A stretch of DNA of 64,000 nucleotides from Eledone cirrhosa. Lineage: Eukaryota. The DNA lies in NCBI GenBank assembly GCA_964016885.1, contig OZ024742.1:272676001-272740000 (forward strand). Reading direction: 5' to 3'. Made by a program: the position numbers and the translations under genes. This document shows, one piece after another, positions 35,701 through 49,965 of the stretch (positions within the stretch are counted from its first letter, which is position 1; every line of letters begins with the position of its first letter). The notes under the pieces are model-generated. The model was not told the DNA's origin. It worked only from the letters and a program-made list of their open reading frames with translations, and did no database searches.

Positions 35701-37648
35701 ATTGACAATTGCAGACACACCAGACTGAAAACTTTTTCCGCACAAACATTCGGGGGAGGGCCGCGCACTAACCATGACCCAGCATAAGCACCGCTGCCCC
35801 GTCTCACCATCGCCCATCTCAGTGAATTTATTTTATTGTATTGCATGTAACCATTTGTAAGCCCGTATTTTGTATATCATGCCGCATACATCACCCCCAC
35901 CAAAAATCACATCGCCATACACCCCTCATCCTTGCAACATTGTGTTCTATATGTCCTCTCTGTCAGGTTTTACCTTGCAAACCATAGTAACATCTGATCC
36001 TGCAAATACAATGTCGATCATATCACACCATCGCCACCACCACAACAGCACACATCGTCATAAGTCTACCATCCACACACGCATAATTATCCCCCTCATG
36101 TTCCCTAACCTACAACCTACAACCCCATTCTAAATTCGACCCTGTAATTGTACTGTCGCACACACCACTACCGCCACCACTAGATACATCCACATACTTC
36201 TACATACACATACTTCAATAATCATGAACATCATCAACACATATCATCCCTCACTCCCAGATCGACTGTTTTATAGCCCATCCCCTCGTCTGCCTTACCC
36301 TGTAACCCACCGTAACTTCTGACCATATAATCATTTTGTTGAACATATCACCCCATCACAACCACCACCACCATGACCACAACACACATCGCTATACGTC
36401 CATAAACTCCTCTCCCCCGCGTTCCCTATGTCACCTTTTAACCTGTAACCCATCGTAATATTCGATCCTGTATGTGTTTGTCGCTCACAACTCCACCCCC
36501 GCCACCAAAAGACACAACTCCATACTTCATCAACACCGCCAACACATACCTGCCCTTTCGAACCAACACAAATGTGTGTGTCTGTGTGTAAGTATGTTTG
36601 TTATATATGCATGCGTGTATGCACATATACATATATATATATGTATATATATATATGTGTCAGTGTGTGTGTATATATACATGTATGTGTGTGTGTGTGT
36701 GTATGTATGTGTATGTGTGTGTACACGTGTGCGTGTGTTTATGTGTATGTTCATGTATACGAGTGTGTACGTGTATGTGCGCATATCCGTATGTGTGTAT
36801 GTGTGTATGTATGTGTATGTCTATATGTATAACACCATTTCTATTGGCTCTCACCTTCCCTCCATCTTTGTCCTACGCCACCCCCAGCGATACTCCCTCA
36901 CTCTCCCTATATATATCTACACGCGCGCATATCACATACATATGTGTATATATGCATATGTATATATACGTGTGTGTCGATATGTGGGGGCGCGGCTGTG
37001 CGTGTTTGTATGTGGGTATGTACGTGTGTATATATATCAATATGTATGCGCATGTATACATATATGTATATATATATACAACGTATTTGTCAGACTAAGA
37101 GTGTCTAGGTATCTCCCCAAGGACACGACACCACGAACACATCCACCACACCACCACAAACGCCACTACCATAAACAACAACACCACAACCACACCCCAC
37201 ACACGCCAACCCGTCTACCGACAACCCACTACCCCCGCACCACCGCCCATCCCAGTAAGCGACCGCCACACCATTTCATCATCATCCCCACCCCTACATA
37301 CACTACAGGCCAAAGCCAACCCGCCACCACCACAGCCCATCACAGCCAGTGACCGTCACCAACATCTCATCACCACATCCCCACATACACTAGGCCAGTA
37401 CATCCCTCTGATCCCTCCCACCAATCAAAACAACTAATATTGTCAAACTCTTGAAATTCTGTCTTTACCACATAGCACGTATTGTATTTTCTTATAGCAT
37501 TTTAAAGGGTCCGTCAAGCTGCCGATTATTGAGACGGATAGGATCGATACAGATCGAACCTTGAGTTGATCAATGGCGAAACGCGCGTCACCTACCAATA
37601 AATGAAATGAAGGAGTAATCAATCGTCCTTGTTATCCTTTCAATATAT
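32710..37648 (+). mobile_element. Second Naiad-type PLE, 5'-truncated, with inverted pLTR (32710-34198 vs 36131-37648)
   Basis: Coding remnant 34199-35790 gives LDITNYYASI, MGSTDSAQVTDIVG, GLYRDD, CNC..CPLNGEC, NIVY..YIGAT, CRLC and CRH. ~1.5-kb inverted arms. Confidence 0.92.
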
Positions 37649-37669
37649 ATATATATATTTAATTCACAT

Positions 37670-37730
37670 TAAGGGCGGTGCCCCAGCATGGCCTCAGCCG
37701 GATGGCTGAAACAGGTAAAAGAGTAAAAGA
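37670..37730 (+). mobile_element. 3' tail of a SINE
   Basis: GGCGGTGCCCCAGCATGGCC..GGCTGAAACAGGTAAAAGAGTAAAAGA, with a tandem GTAAAAGA tail. Recognised from memory as a common octopus SINE end. Confidence 0.5.
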
Positions 37731-37731
37731 G

Positions 37732-37765
<34 letters not shown>

Positions 37766-37802
37766 GTTATATACTAATATGCGTGTGTATATATATATAT
37801 AT

Positions 37803-37867
<65 letters not shown>

Positions 37868-38479
37868 TACACGTATGCCTGTGTGTGTGTGAGAGAGTGC
37901 ATGAGTCTGTGTATGTGTATGTATTTATACATGTCTATATGTGTTTATGTATGAGTCAGAATTCATTCTTTCCTCTCCAAATGATTTTCCTCTGTTTGAT
38001 TTTCATATGTATATTTTTAACTTTGTTTGAATATGAATTTCCGTCTTGTTCAACCATCAATACAAGCAAATTTCACAGATTATAATTGCAAAGTGAATAG
38101 TGAAAATAATGGATTTATAAAAAAAAATGTGAATTAAATATTTTCCTAACGATATATCATGTAAATTTGTAGCTAAATACTGAACAATGCAAATCGATTT
38201 TATACAACTGCACAGTGATATGCAGACACACTTTTACTTGATATGCATTCACACACACGTATTACACGTAGTACACACCTACATAAATATAAATATATTT
38301 ATGTGTGCATGTATGTATGAATATGTAACTACTGTCTATAATTACGGATATGTATATATCCATATTAATCTGCCACATGCTTCCTATATATCTATGTTAC
38401 CCATTCTGGATTGTTGTATATATCTCTTGTGAAGTAAAATAATTCTGCGTTGTTACATCCCAACCACAGTGGACTATAC

Positions 38480-39290
38480 TCTAAAGTAAGCAACATCACC
38501 CAATCGAGAATTAGACCTTCTTCACACACCCCGCGCCGATACTTACAGATGTTGACAGCTCTCTTACAAGCTTAATGGTATTTCACCACTAGAAATCACA
38601 GGCTACCAGCGTATGACCCCTTCATTGAAACTCACAAAACCCGTCCGAAATTCCAGATCAAATCCATATAATGGTCGAATGCACCACGCCTTCCACGCTT
38701 ATGTATTCTACATCTAATATGTGGATTACACATTATACTCCACAACTTACAATAACGAAGTTATCAACATATTCAGAACGTTCTCCCGCATAGATTATAG
38801 CATACGATTCAACATGGAACACACAGATGACGCTGGATCGTTGCTCTTGTTCAACTTCCAGCCAAAAATAAGAGAAGGTGACATTCACAACGTTTACAGA
38901 AAAAACACTGGATGCAGATATGGTTATTCTTGATATATTAACCCTTCCTCTCCGTGCTAAGGCCAGATAAGTTTAGAATTATTTCCAGTTTATTGGGAAG
39001 AAATGAACTAATATGGAGTACCGGTCCATCCATAATATACATTTCTTAAAGATGCTAGATGCCAACAGATATCATAATCTACTGCTTGCCGATCTCAAGG
39101 TTCTACGTTAAGGAAATAAAAGACCTCTTCCCAACCTAATTCCTGAAGTTGCCATATTTCAATGACAAGATAATATACTCTAACCGCAAAACCATCCTCT
39201 AATCCATCAATATGACAGCCGTAGGGAGGAACTGCAGATAAAGTTAAGACATCCTGGCCCTTCAAAGTGTAAATATCTATTTAAAAATAA
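38480..39290 (+). mobile_element. Very old PLE (Penelope/Poseidon-like) RT remnant
   Basis: YVDYTL...IDYSIRFNMEHTDDAGSLLLFNF...VYRKNT resembles YVDD..FT.E...LPFLD..YRK.T. Confidence 0.55.
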
Positions 39291-39304
39291 CTATTGATGA
39301 TGAC

Positions 39305-42300
39305 TGGAGGAATACGACTCGTACACGCTCGCCTCTTATATCGCTTTGTTGTGGAACTCTACCTGGCTAGACGTGAACGCCTTTTCGTTACTTTGCAAAT
39401 GCCTTACTCATAGACAAAGATGCCTGGAGAACTTTTTTCGTAATTGCTTCAGAAATAAAATCTTAAGAAAAGTAAAGAGTGTTCGATACTCATTTTTGAC
39501 AAAGGAAGTACACTCAACTTCCTGTAAACCCACATGAGTGACATAGCCTGCCATGCGCCTATATGCAGCTCGACATGATCCGCCAACATTCTCACGCAAC
39601 TGCTGATTCGTCTGATCAACCTTCACAGTTACATCGCGCTCTGCACGAATGCACCGCTATCCACTATAGGAGCAGGTGCACCCAAGAAGGAACAACGTCC
39701 CATCATTACCTAACCATAACCCTAAACATACTTTGGGCAGATGTGATAGGAATACCAAAGTGCCACGAGCCTTAAAGGCTCAAAGCAATGCAGCTGAGGC
39801 CGATGATCAGGCACCGCCATATTCATCAACCTCCACAATGTAATTTACGCATCTGCCTGATCCTCTACCAAAGCAGTAACCCTTGATCAACATGTGTACA
39901 GCGACATCAGTAATGCGTGGGTGGAGCATTCTTCTGATTCTCACGCCTTTATCAATGTCTCCATCCAAGCTCAACCAGCCGATACACATGCATTGGGCTT
40001 CTCTACGCCTCTCACATTCCCAACCACTGTCGTCACTTACAAAGATATGGCAGTCACTGTATGCCAGTCATTCCTGTCTAGGACAACTGCCTGTCCAGAT
40101 TGGGCCTGGACCAGAATAATCTTTTACCAGTTAACATGAAGCTAACTGCCGCCAACAGCATCCCCTTCGACATTATCAGTGTGAATATCCGGGACTGCCC
40201 CTTCCATTGAAAAGCACCAGACCCACCAGGTTGTCTACTTTACTTCCACTACCGACAAGCTATTCCTTTCCAAACAAGCCTGCATTGCTCTTCGCATGAT
40301 CTTCCTCAACTTTCCCCAAATCGGGGAAAGTCGTGTAGACACATGCGCCCCATTGGATATAACACCTGCAAAAATGATCAACACACCCAGCGAGAAGACG
40401 CAGAACACGAGCGGCTGCCTTCACACCCAACCACCACCTCCTCCTCCCACATCACTCCCGTTCACAGCCAGCGAGGAGAACTTAGGTCGCCTGGAGAAGT
40501 GGCTGCTGGAAATAGTATAGCTCTAGTACATTTAACGTCTTCGAACATCAACCCTCCACAGGATCTCCGGTCCACCAACTCGTTTTAATGGTAGTTCCTC
40601 AAAATAAACCATTCGCCCACTGCACAGTCATCCGAGTCCGAGTCCACTGTCAAGATGACGTGAAAGCGGGCCTCGACGGCGATGTTCGTCTTGGAGTAAT
40701 AGAGCCCATCCCCATTGGCAAACCCATCACTTGGTGCCACAGGTTGGTGGTATGCCCCAAGAAGTCTGGGAAACCTGGATAAACTGTCGATCACCAGCCC
40801 CTAAATCGACACACAGTTCGCGAAACACACCAGACCTATTCACCCTTCCACCATGCCGTGTAGTGCCACCATACACCTACAAAACCTTATTTGACGCTTC
40901 GAATGGTTACCACCTCATCGACCTCAACGAAAACGATCACCATCTCACAAGCTTTATCACACCCTCGGGCCGCAATCGATTTTGCTTCGCACCTCAGTGA
41001 TACATCGCGTCGGGAGACGGCTACAGCCGACAGTTTGATGAAATTTTCACAGACGTCCTCAAAAAACGAAATGTATTAATGACACATTGATGTAGTCTGA
41101 CTCAATTGAGGAGGATTTCTTTCAGACTGTCCAACGTATAAACATCTGCGGTTTGAACGGCATCATCCTGTACCCTACGGAATTTCATTTCACAAAAAAA
41201 CACAGTCGAATTCGCAGGATTTGTGTTAACCCCTGCAACTCTGCAGCCCAGTGCCCGCTATCTCGAGGACATCCGATAAATCCCAGTGCCAAGGAACATT
41301 ACAGACATGTGCAGCTGATCCGGGCTCATTAACGCGTCTCCTACGCTTTCTCCTCCGCCGTACGAATTATGTCCTTCCGAGAATTCCTTAAGCCACGCAC
41401 CCCTTTTGTGTGGACGTACAAACTGAACAGACACATGATCAGCCATATCCAAAATGGGGTAGATATCATTGACAAAACGCAACACGGTTCCGGATTCTGT
41501 ATGCTCCAAAAACATTGCCTATGCCCCTTCTCCAAGCCCTTCTGCTGCATGGTCTAACTGGAAGGTCACACTGGTCGGGAGCCGGTTCATTTCAGAATCT
41601 CGCTACGCACTGGTGGAGGGCGAAGCGCTTCAAGATGTGGATACATTTGTTGACGCAGCTACACTACACTGCGGTGCTCTGATCTCGTCGTGGCAGTGGA
41701 GCACAAGCCCTTACTGAATGTTTTGGCGACGCTGCCTTGACGACGTCTCCAACACTCGAATGCGTAACCTAAAAAGAAATCCTTGCTTTATAAGTTCAAC
41801 GTCATCCACATACCATATGTTTGCCATGCTGCGGCTGATACTATCGCACGCCACACAGCTGGAGATGCAACACCATTGGACCTTCTAGAAGATGTTGCAA
41901 CCATGACAGAGCCAACCGAACAAATCAATCTCCCCGCTCTGCCACACATTTTCTCTGCAGCTATCCAAAGGACACAACAAGACGACACTCCGGTGTGCAG
42001 GTACAATGGCTCCCCGACATCCACAACCGATGTGATCCAATTCGCATTGCCGCACCCAGCGTCTCTAGCATGATAAAACTCATGGTAATTATTGAAGAGG
42101 GCTTTCCAGAGGACCGCAACAAACTCCCCCAAGAGCTGCGGAAATACTACGAATGCCAAGAGGGAATCTAGCTTCAATGGAGTTATCCTCTATGACGACC
42201 GGGCCGTCATCCCCCATTCTCTGCTCAACCAAGTTCTCCAGGCCTTGCACTCCGCTCACCAAGATGTCACTTAAATGTCCTCCAAGGCGGAGACTCCCTT

Positions 42301-43747
42301 CTATTGTCCAAGCATGACTCCAGCCATCACAGAGATGTGGACACGATGTTCACCATGCAACTGGATGGCACCTTCACAAACAATTACATCCCCACCCTCC
42401 AATAATCCCGGCCTATCGGTTCCAGAGCATCGTAGCGGATTACTTCAAGTATCGTGGCCGCTACTACCTTTTTTCTGAGGACAGATACCGCAAATGGACC
42501 GTTGTGGGGGAGGCTTCCAATGGTGCAACCGATATACGCCGCATCTCGTAACATACGTCAACAGCGACGAACAGATGTCGGATTGGGAGGGGGTGCAGCA
42601 TTTACCTCAAATTACAGAGCCACCTTCCACCACAGGATTTCTTCAGTTGGAACTGCTCTGCCGAGGTTGGCGTTAAGACGGTAATGAGCCTCATCCTTTA
42701 CAACACTGTCGCATTCACACCGACACATTCCAGCACGCCATACTACAGTATTGGAATACCTCTGACCGGGATACTCACTTATTCCCGGCCATGTGTATTT
42801 TTGGCCGTCCAATACGAGATTTCATCCCAATTCACCCTTGTAACTACCAGCCACTCTCAGCATGGTGTGAAACCCTTACCCTCCCGGGAAGAAGCTCTAC
42901 TTAATTACCACATGTGCACCGCCGAAAGGCTGTCAGAACGCACTCATGCACCCCACCCTCTGACCATCGAAGATTGCGCCCGCATCCAGAATAAATTTAA
43001 CGTAACCCTAGGAAGTGGGACAAAACTGGCTTTGTAGAAGTGCACCAGTTCCATCAGTACGTGGTGAGGGTGGACTGTAGAGGACGAGTCACACTGCGCA
43101 ATAGGAAGTTCCTCCGGAAGTACCTCCCAGTTATAGCCCGCCCATGGATAATCATGGTCCCCGGCCCAATTACAACCCCGGTGTCAAGAACTTTAACAAG
43201 CCAGCATGATGGAGAAGCCACACCACAGACACCTGAAGCTGAGGCCCCCCATCACCTAGGATACCCAGCCTTGCCCACCATCGGAAGCCGTCACCACTGC
43301 GCCTATAACCTGTGCACCAGACACGCCCTGAGGACCACTCCAGCCAAACCAACAATCCCAAGAGTGATGAGCCTTGTAACCCTAGTAACCTAAGATACTC
43401 AATCAGTGGCCGTGCCGCAAGAGCTCTTCAAGCCCTACTGAAATACATCGCTCCTGGCCTCAAGGAGAAGACTAGCCCACATACATCTGACCACCACTTA
43501 ACTCTCACTCTGTCTGACGCTCTGCTGAACTAAGCACTTGAATACGTAGATGAATACGACTCGTACACGTTCGCCCCTGATATCCGTTTGTTGTGGAAGT
43601 CGCTAGACGTCAAAGCTCTTTCGTCACTTTGCAAATGGCATATTCAAGGACACAGACGCGCTGAGAACTACTTTTGTCATTGCTTCAGAAAAGCAAAGAA
43701 TGTTGGAGTCTTATTTAATGACAAAATCCAATACCTCATCTACAACA
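39305..43747 (+). mobile_element. Decayed Ty3/Gypsy LTR retrotransposon (Mag-like) with both LTRs (~39305-39520 and ~43546-43747)
   Basis: Diverged direct repeats share GAATACGACTCGTACACG..TTGTTGTGGAA..ACTTTGCAAATG. RT: DVRLGVIEP..WCHRLVVCPKKSGK, FDASNGYH, SFITPSGR. RNase H: ESRYALVEGEAL. Integrase: LHSAHQ..CSPC. Order is RT-RH-IN. Confidence 0.9.
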
Positions 43748-45743
43748 TGAATATGTGCTAACGAACGAAATATGAATAACAAAACAAAATTTATCAATGA
43801 GTATCTGAAGGAGGATGCGTGCATATCGATGGATCATTAAACACGTTTGTGTAATGGTAAATATATAAACATTGCCGTAATTAGTGCTTTGGTAGAGTAT
43901 ATTGATATATCAGAAATGTAATAACCAATTTGCACTGCTGCGTCCTTAAACAGATTCTATTTTCTACATGTTTATCATAATTCGAATCATGTATTCAGTT
44001 GTTTTTCAGTTGCGCTGTCTAGGTCATTCTCTCTCTAATTTGGCATTTTAAAGATATGATCTCATTAATTTCTTCCAATAGAACACTCAGGAAATATATT
44101 TTGAAGCGTTTCTGAAACAGCCGTAAGTTCTCGGTGATATATAACAATATGAAGTTGTCATTTCCTTCTTGCTATTATTCCTTATCGATCCATATACGTG
44201 GCATGTCACCAACAACTTCAGATTGTTTGACTAAACGAGTGTTTTTCTCAGCAGCCGAAGACGAGTGATTAGTTTGAAAAGCATCTTCTCAAATAAGTAA
44301 GCAGTGTTAGTAATGTAATGTTTTTTGAGTAGCATAATTGAACTCCATCATTTAAGTTGCTTAAAATAACACAGATATAAAAAATGATTTAAATTTCGAA
44401 CGCTTTGCCTTCTAATAAAATCACGCAAATTGTTGGGGTATTTTACAGGCCAACATTTTCTGTTTTGCATAATGTACATATATAGAGATAGACGTCGTAT
44501 CCTAATGCATTAACACTTCTCGTTACCAAATCTCGTTAACAAGTTAGTATTATTGAATGTTTGCGTTACGTCAAATAATTGAGGGCTGGATATAAAATAA
44601 TTTGTGTTGCATGGGACAATAGCGATCAATTTCGTATCACTGCCTATATTTTTTCACTGGTTAAATACACAGGAATATTTATTGTCCTTAGCGAATCCAT
44701 CTTAATACACACATACACGCTTATATGTTGATATATATATAATAGTGTGGGATGGGTGGGGGAGTATCGTATCATCATGATAGTTTATATATTCAGTTCT
44801 TGATCATGATATCTAACAGATGGAATATATTATCAACCGAATATAATTTCTTAGCTATCAGTAACCTGATATTTGACATGAATACAAGAACTCATTTTAC
44901 CGAGCATGGAATAATAAAGCCAACGTTACCTTCTGACAGAAAGTATTTTATTTCCTCTCTTCGTGACGACAATATCGATTTGTTAGCATGCTTAACTGAA
45001 CGACCTCAGTAGAAGCCCTTACATATTCGAAAATATTCTTAGCAGAGACAAATTTCTTTAGATATAGATATAACATTTATCAAATTATTTTCATTTTTTC
45101 ACTGAATTTCAGCACACGCTGCAATGAAATACCGGTCGAAGACAACAACTAATCTTTGTTACCTTTTAGAAAGGAAACAAATATTGAATGTCTTATTAAC
45201 TAGATATCTCCACAATTACAGGGTACAATTGCGTGGTTTGTCGTTTAAATCATATCTCACATGGTAAAGGATGAAACACTGTTCTCATTGCATTGCAGAA
45301 AATTAACTGATTAAATCTCCCATTAAGATATGTTTCATTTTGACCGCGGATAACCGGAAGCATTAGTGTATAACATCAAATTGCTTAATACAAGAAAATC
45401 ACCTTCGTAGAATACGTGTGGAATATATTGAATTGATTGTGTCTCCGTAGTATAAGTAACACACAAAGCGACAGAGCACGAAGCATTATTCAAATAATCT
45501 GAATGATATATTCACGCAATAATTCCTGCGCTAAGGCAGGTTTCCCACTTCATTTACGTTACATTCGACATATTTAAAATTCTCAGTTTTTGTGGGGCTT
45601 TGGAAAAATAAAACACCATCCACTGCTGTAGGAAATTATCTAAGTGACGATTGAAAAAGGGAGATATAGTAAGATGATATTAAATCCAGTGAATATATAT
45701 ATGGCTCAATGACATTATCTTGATATATCAATTTATTATATTA

Positions 45744-47233
45744 CTAGTTATGGTACCCGGCATTGCACGAGATAAGGTATATTGGAACGCGGTCCGCCAA
45801 CAGACCTAATCGTGGAAAAACTGCATGCATGGACAATATGTAAAGAAAACAAACCGAATATTTCTTCGATGAAGCAGGAAAAATGCAGATTTTCACCTAA
45901 TACGGGACCTAGAGGATCAAGAAAATGAATTTTTTTATGTACATAATATGCCTTGAAATTTAAGGAAAATCAGCTAGACGTAACGCCTCCAAAAATCCCT
46001 AAGAAGCTGAAAAAATGAAGTTGTTCACCTAATGTGGGCCCTAGGCCATAAAAAAGTTGGATTTTCTTTGCTTACGGAATGGAGAAGAGATAGACTAAAA
46101 CATAGTTACAATTTCAAGGAAATTGGTTTAACGTAACGCCTCAAAAAACCCCCAAAAATCTTTAAAAACGCAGTTTTTCACTTAATGCAGGCCTTAGGAC
46201 ATAAAAAAAAGTTGAGTTGTTCATGTGCATAACACTCCCTGAAACATAAGTAATACACGTGTAAAGTTTGAAAACAATCGGTTGGGTACTTCTCGAGTTT
46301 TAGGGATTCAAACTCACAGACACACACACACAGACAAACATCCTCAGGGAAGCGACGTAATGCAGACAGCCAGGCATACATACAGATATTATAAGGGCGC
46401 GATGTTATATGTATTTATCTATCTAAAAAGAGAAAGACTAAGAATTATAGAGAGAGATCGCTGAATCGCCTAATGCGGTCCCTACGGAATTGCAAATTTG
46501 AGAATCTTTTGGCTCAGAACACTCCCGTAAAGATAAGTATTACATGTGTAAAGTTTGAAAACTGTTGATTTGGTGCTTCTCTACAATGCTAAGCGGTAAA
46601 ATAGTAACTTTTGTTTTCGTAAAGGCACGTAAGTAAGCAAACTGAAGCTATTACAGCGATGTTTTTCTTTACCGGCTTTAATTTTTAGTGTTGTGTGAAA
46701 TATATAACCGCCTTACCTTAGTATTGCTACAACCACGGCTGGCAAAGAAGTAAGGGTCTGGTGGTATGTAACTAAGCAACACTGGCTTAAAACGTGACGA
46801 AGAAGTTGTTTGCACTTACCAACTGTTTGGGGAATGAGTGTGAGATTTGGCTAGAGCAAGAGTGGCAAAATAACCGGAGGAAGCAAGCAGCTAGACATAC
46901 AGACATATATTATAAGGGCGCGTCTGGATGCAGAGCGAATTGTAGGAAGTGACGTAATGCAGACAGCCAGACATACAGACAAATATTACAAGGGCGCGAC
47001 GTTATATGTATGTATCTATCTAAAAAGAGAAAGACTAAGAATGATATAGTGAGATCGCTAAATGGCCTAATGCGGTCCCTAGAGCATTGACAATTAGATA
47101 TTTCTTTGCTCAGAACACTTCCTGAAACATAAGTATTACATGTGTAAAGTTTGAATATAGACGGTTGGGTGGTTCTCGAGTTTTAGGGATTCACACAGAC
47201 ACACACAGACATCCTCAGTGTTATATATACAGA
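45744..47233 (-). mobile_element. Non-autonomous Helitron with internal duplications
   Basis: Minus strand starts TC (47233) and ends with hairpin CTCGTGCAATGCCGGG then CTAG (45744), inserted between A and T. Homologous to 57408-58320. Confidence 0.85.
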
Positions 47234-47699
47234 TAATGGAAATACTATAATGTTAAGAAGCATGAATTTCAAGGGTTCTAATTTGTTATTTTGACGCCAT
47301 AATTGTGTTTGCTACTAATTCTTTTTTTTATCAAGTAAGGGTAGAAAATCAAGGTAGATATGAGAATAGACATAGCTCGGGTGGAAATAAATATTACAAA
47401 ATTCTTTGTCAGATTTGTTGGAATAATGTATATATTTCATTAAGATTGTTTAATATATCTCTATACTACTAAAATTCTGTGATCGCTTGATCGCTTGCTT
47501 TCTTGCTTGCTTGCTTGTCTGTAATGTAATACAGCCGAAAGGGCGCATAATGGGATTATACTTTGAAAGGTTGTTGAGATCGAAATGAGAATACAAATGG
47601 AATAACACAATTTCGCGTAAATCGGGGCATGGTTTCCCGAGATACGAAGCTTTTCCGGGTACCTTCATAACTAGAGAGAAGGATTGCGAGAGATTAGAT

Positions 47700-47766
47700 T
47701 GAAAGAGAGACGTACAGAGAGAGAGAGAGAGAGAGAGAATGAGACAGAGAAGGAAAATGGAAGAGA

Positions 47767-47845
<79 letters not shown>
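47700..47845. repeat. (GA)n microsatellite
   Basis: Direct reading. Confidence 0.95.
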
Positions 47846-47850
<5 letters not shown>

Positions 47851-48012
47851 TGTGTTGTTGAATGAAATTATAACTGGAGACTTCAAAGAAACGAATACAA
47901 CATTACTGAATCCTGTAAATAGAAAGGGTTTCTAAGTGTGTGTGTGTGTGTGTTTCTGTGTGTCTGTGGCCGGTGTATTCAGGTCACAGACATGCGCATA
48001 TATATATATATA

Positions 48013-48193
48013 TAACGAAGGAAATGTGGTAAGGAACCAGGTGGACCATAACGCACCAAAGTACTCAATACTTAGGGTAGTAGAGTAGGTAATAGGAACC
48101 AGTAGGACCCCGACGGCTGAGCTCAAGCCGTTTCGACGGCTAATTCCGTCGAAACGGCTTGCGCTCAGCCGTCGGAGTCCTACTGGTTCCTAT
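48013..48193. repeat. Palindromic fold-back element, copy 2 (hairpin 48092-48193)
   Basis: Same ends as 16508-16703 with a shorter centre. Lies in (TA)n. Confidence 0.9.
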
Positions 48194-48361
48194 ATATATA
48201 TATATATATATAAGTACACACACACAAGCGGGCGTACACACACACGCGTGCTCACAGACACACGCATACACAGATATATATAAATGTTCACTTATAATAA
48301 TTTTTAAATAATTAAAATAAACCCAGCCATATATATAATGTAAAATGAAATTGGAAGGACC

Positions 48362-48419
<58 letters not shown>

Positions 48420-48429
48420 GCCTTCCAAT

Positions 48430-48928
48430 TGCTGTTATTGTTGTTGTTGCTGTTGTTGTCGTTGTTGTTGTTGTTCTTCTTCTTCTTCTTCTCGCTTCGA
48501 GTGAGGTTAACGCATATGGCAGGGCCATATTGGTGCTGACAGTAATTTGGGCGCGGAGAAATGCCCAGTGCCAGTCAGCAAGCTTTCTACACCTGAACAT
48601 GTTGAAATGTGAGACTCACAGCTTTGTTGCGTGAGGAGAGAAATAGTGGCGTGACATGAAACTTTGTTGATCCAGTAGCTTCAATTGTGCTACTATGTCA
48701 TGGACATGAGTCTATTGATGTAACCAACAAGCGTGTATCATACTTCCTACAGAAGGGGACGAGAGCAATGTTTGTGAGCACATCTATATACTCATTTGGT
48801 GTAAGACGAAGACTTTATCAGTTGATAAACCTTAAGCTGTCGTTCAGGTCTGTATCTAATGCATTTTGGTGGTAAGCACTATACCATGCAGGAGAGGCAT
48901 ACTGCGCAGCACTGCAGACAAAGTAGTA
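48430..48928 (-). mobile_element. Ingi/Vingi-like LINE 3' remnant with (GAA)/(CAA) tail
   Basis: Minus strand gives FVCSAAQYASPAWYSAYHQNALDTDLNDSLR, resembling Vingi-type YS.AEY..PVW..SAH...D..LN..R. Confidence 0.55.
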
Positions 48929-49039
48929 CCTAAGGTGGATGTGCGGAGGGTCCTGAAAACAGATCACTGATCTCTGATTTCAATATACCAAACAACTACT
49001 TCCGACAGTAGCGGGAATTATATTCCATATTCACTCACT

Positions 49040-49965
49040 GATAATACATGTTCAAATGTGGCAAGGAGCTGGGGAAGATGAATCCGACCCGAGATGTTAA
49101 AAGCCTTAAATAGAAGAGTTACTCTCTGGCAGACTTAAGCATCCCGGATGGCCTGTATCTCTGTAAAGACACCTAATCAATGAATATCGGGTGTAATAAT
49201 CTCAATGATTAAAACGTGACGAAAGAGAGATTGTTACAATTACAGAGGGAACTCCTTGTTAAGCCTCCCCGGTAAAGTCTAAGCTAGTGGAGATTGTTGT
49301 GTCCAAGCTAGTTGATGCATTGTCTTCGCATCGGACGCAGATCATCCTACCTAATATTCACAATGCGGCAATTATTGGAGAAATCTTCGAAGTATCCCGA
49401 AGAGGTATATTTACGTTTTATCGATCTTGCAAAGCCACATGACCGTGTTTTCGGCACCTTGTTGTGAATGGTCATGTAGAAGTATAGGATCGATAGTGAG
49501 CTACTTACTTCCCTGATGGATGTACACAAAACCGCGAGTAATTGATTCCGGATAAATAGTGCTATATCGAAACCATTCAATGTAGGATTCGGCCTACGAC
49601 AGGTGTGCGTACTACACCTCTCCTGTTCATTATTTACATGAACAGGAATGATATGCTCAGCCGTATTGGAAGTGGTATCATGACTGGCATGTGTTTCTTT
49701 CAGACGACATGGTGTTACTTACCTCGAGAGAATGTGATCTTCGTCTTGCACTTGGTATGTTATACCGAGTGCTGCATGGCTAGAATGAAAATCAGTTCTG
49801 CGAAAACTGAGACACTCGTTATCTAAAGGAAGCTTCCGCAGTGAACCAAGTAGCGGAAGGCAGGAGGCTGAATTAAGTGCAAGAATTTCAGGAGCTGGTG
49901 CAGTAATGCGCCAGCTTCAGCATTCGGTAATCAGAAGAAGGGATGTAGGCTAACATTTAAACTTG
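49040..49965 (+). mobile_element. Decayed RTE-clade LINE RT fragment
   Basis: NYRGNSLLSLPGKV, IFTMRQLLEKS..YLRFIDLAKPHDRV, SKPFNVGFGLRQ.C..PLLF and MKISSAKTE. Confidence 0.8.

Noticed and set aside
44090-44400. Tc1/mariner-like N-terminal remnant on the minus strand
   Set aside because: Only a faint resemblance (RLVKQSEVVG). No TIRs or DDE motif were found.
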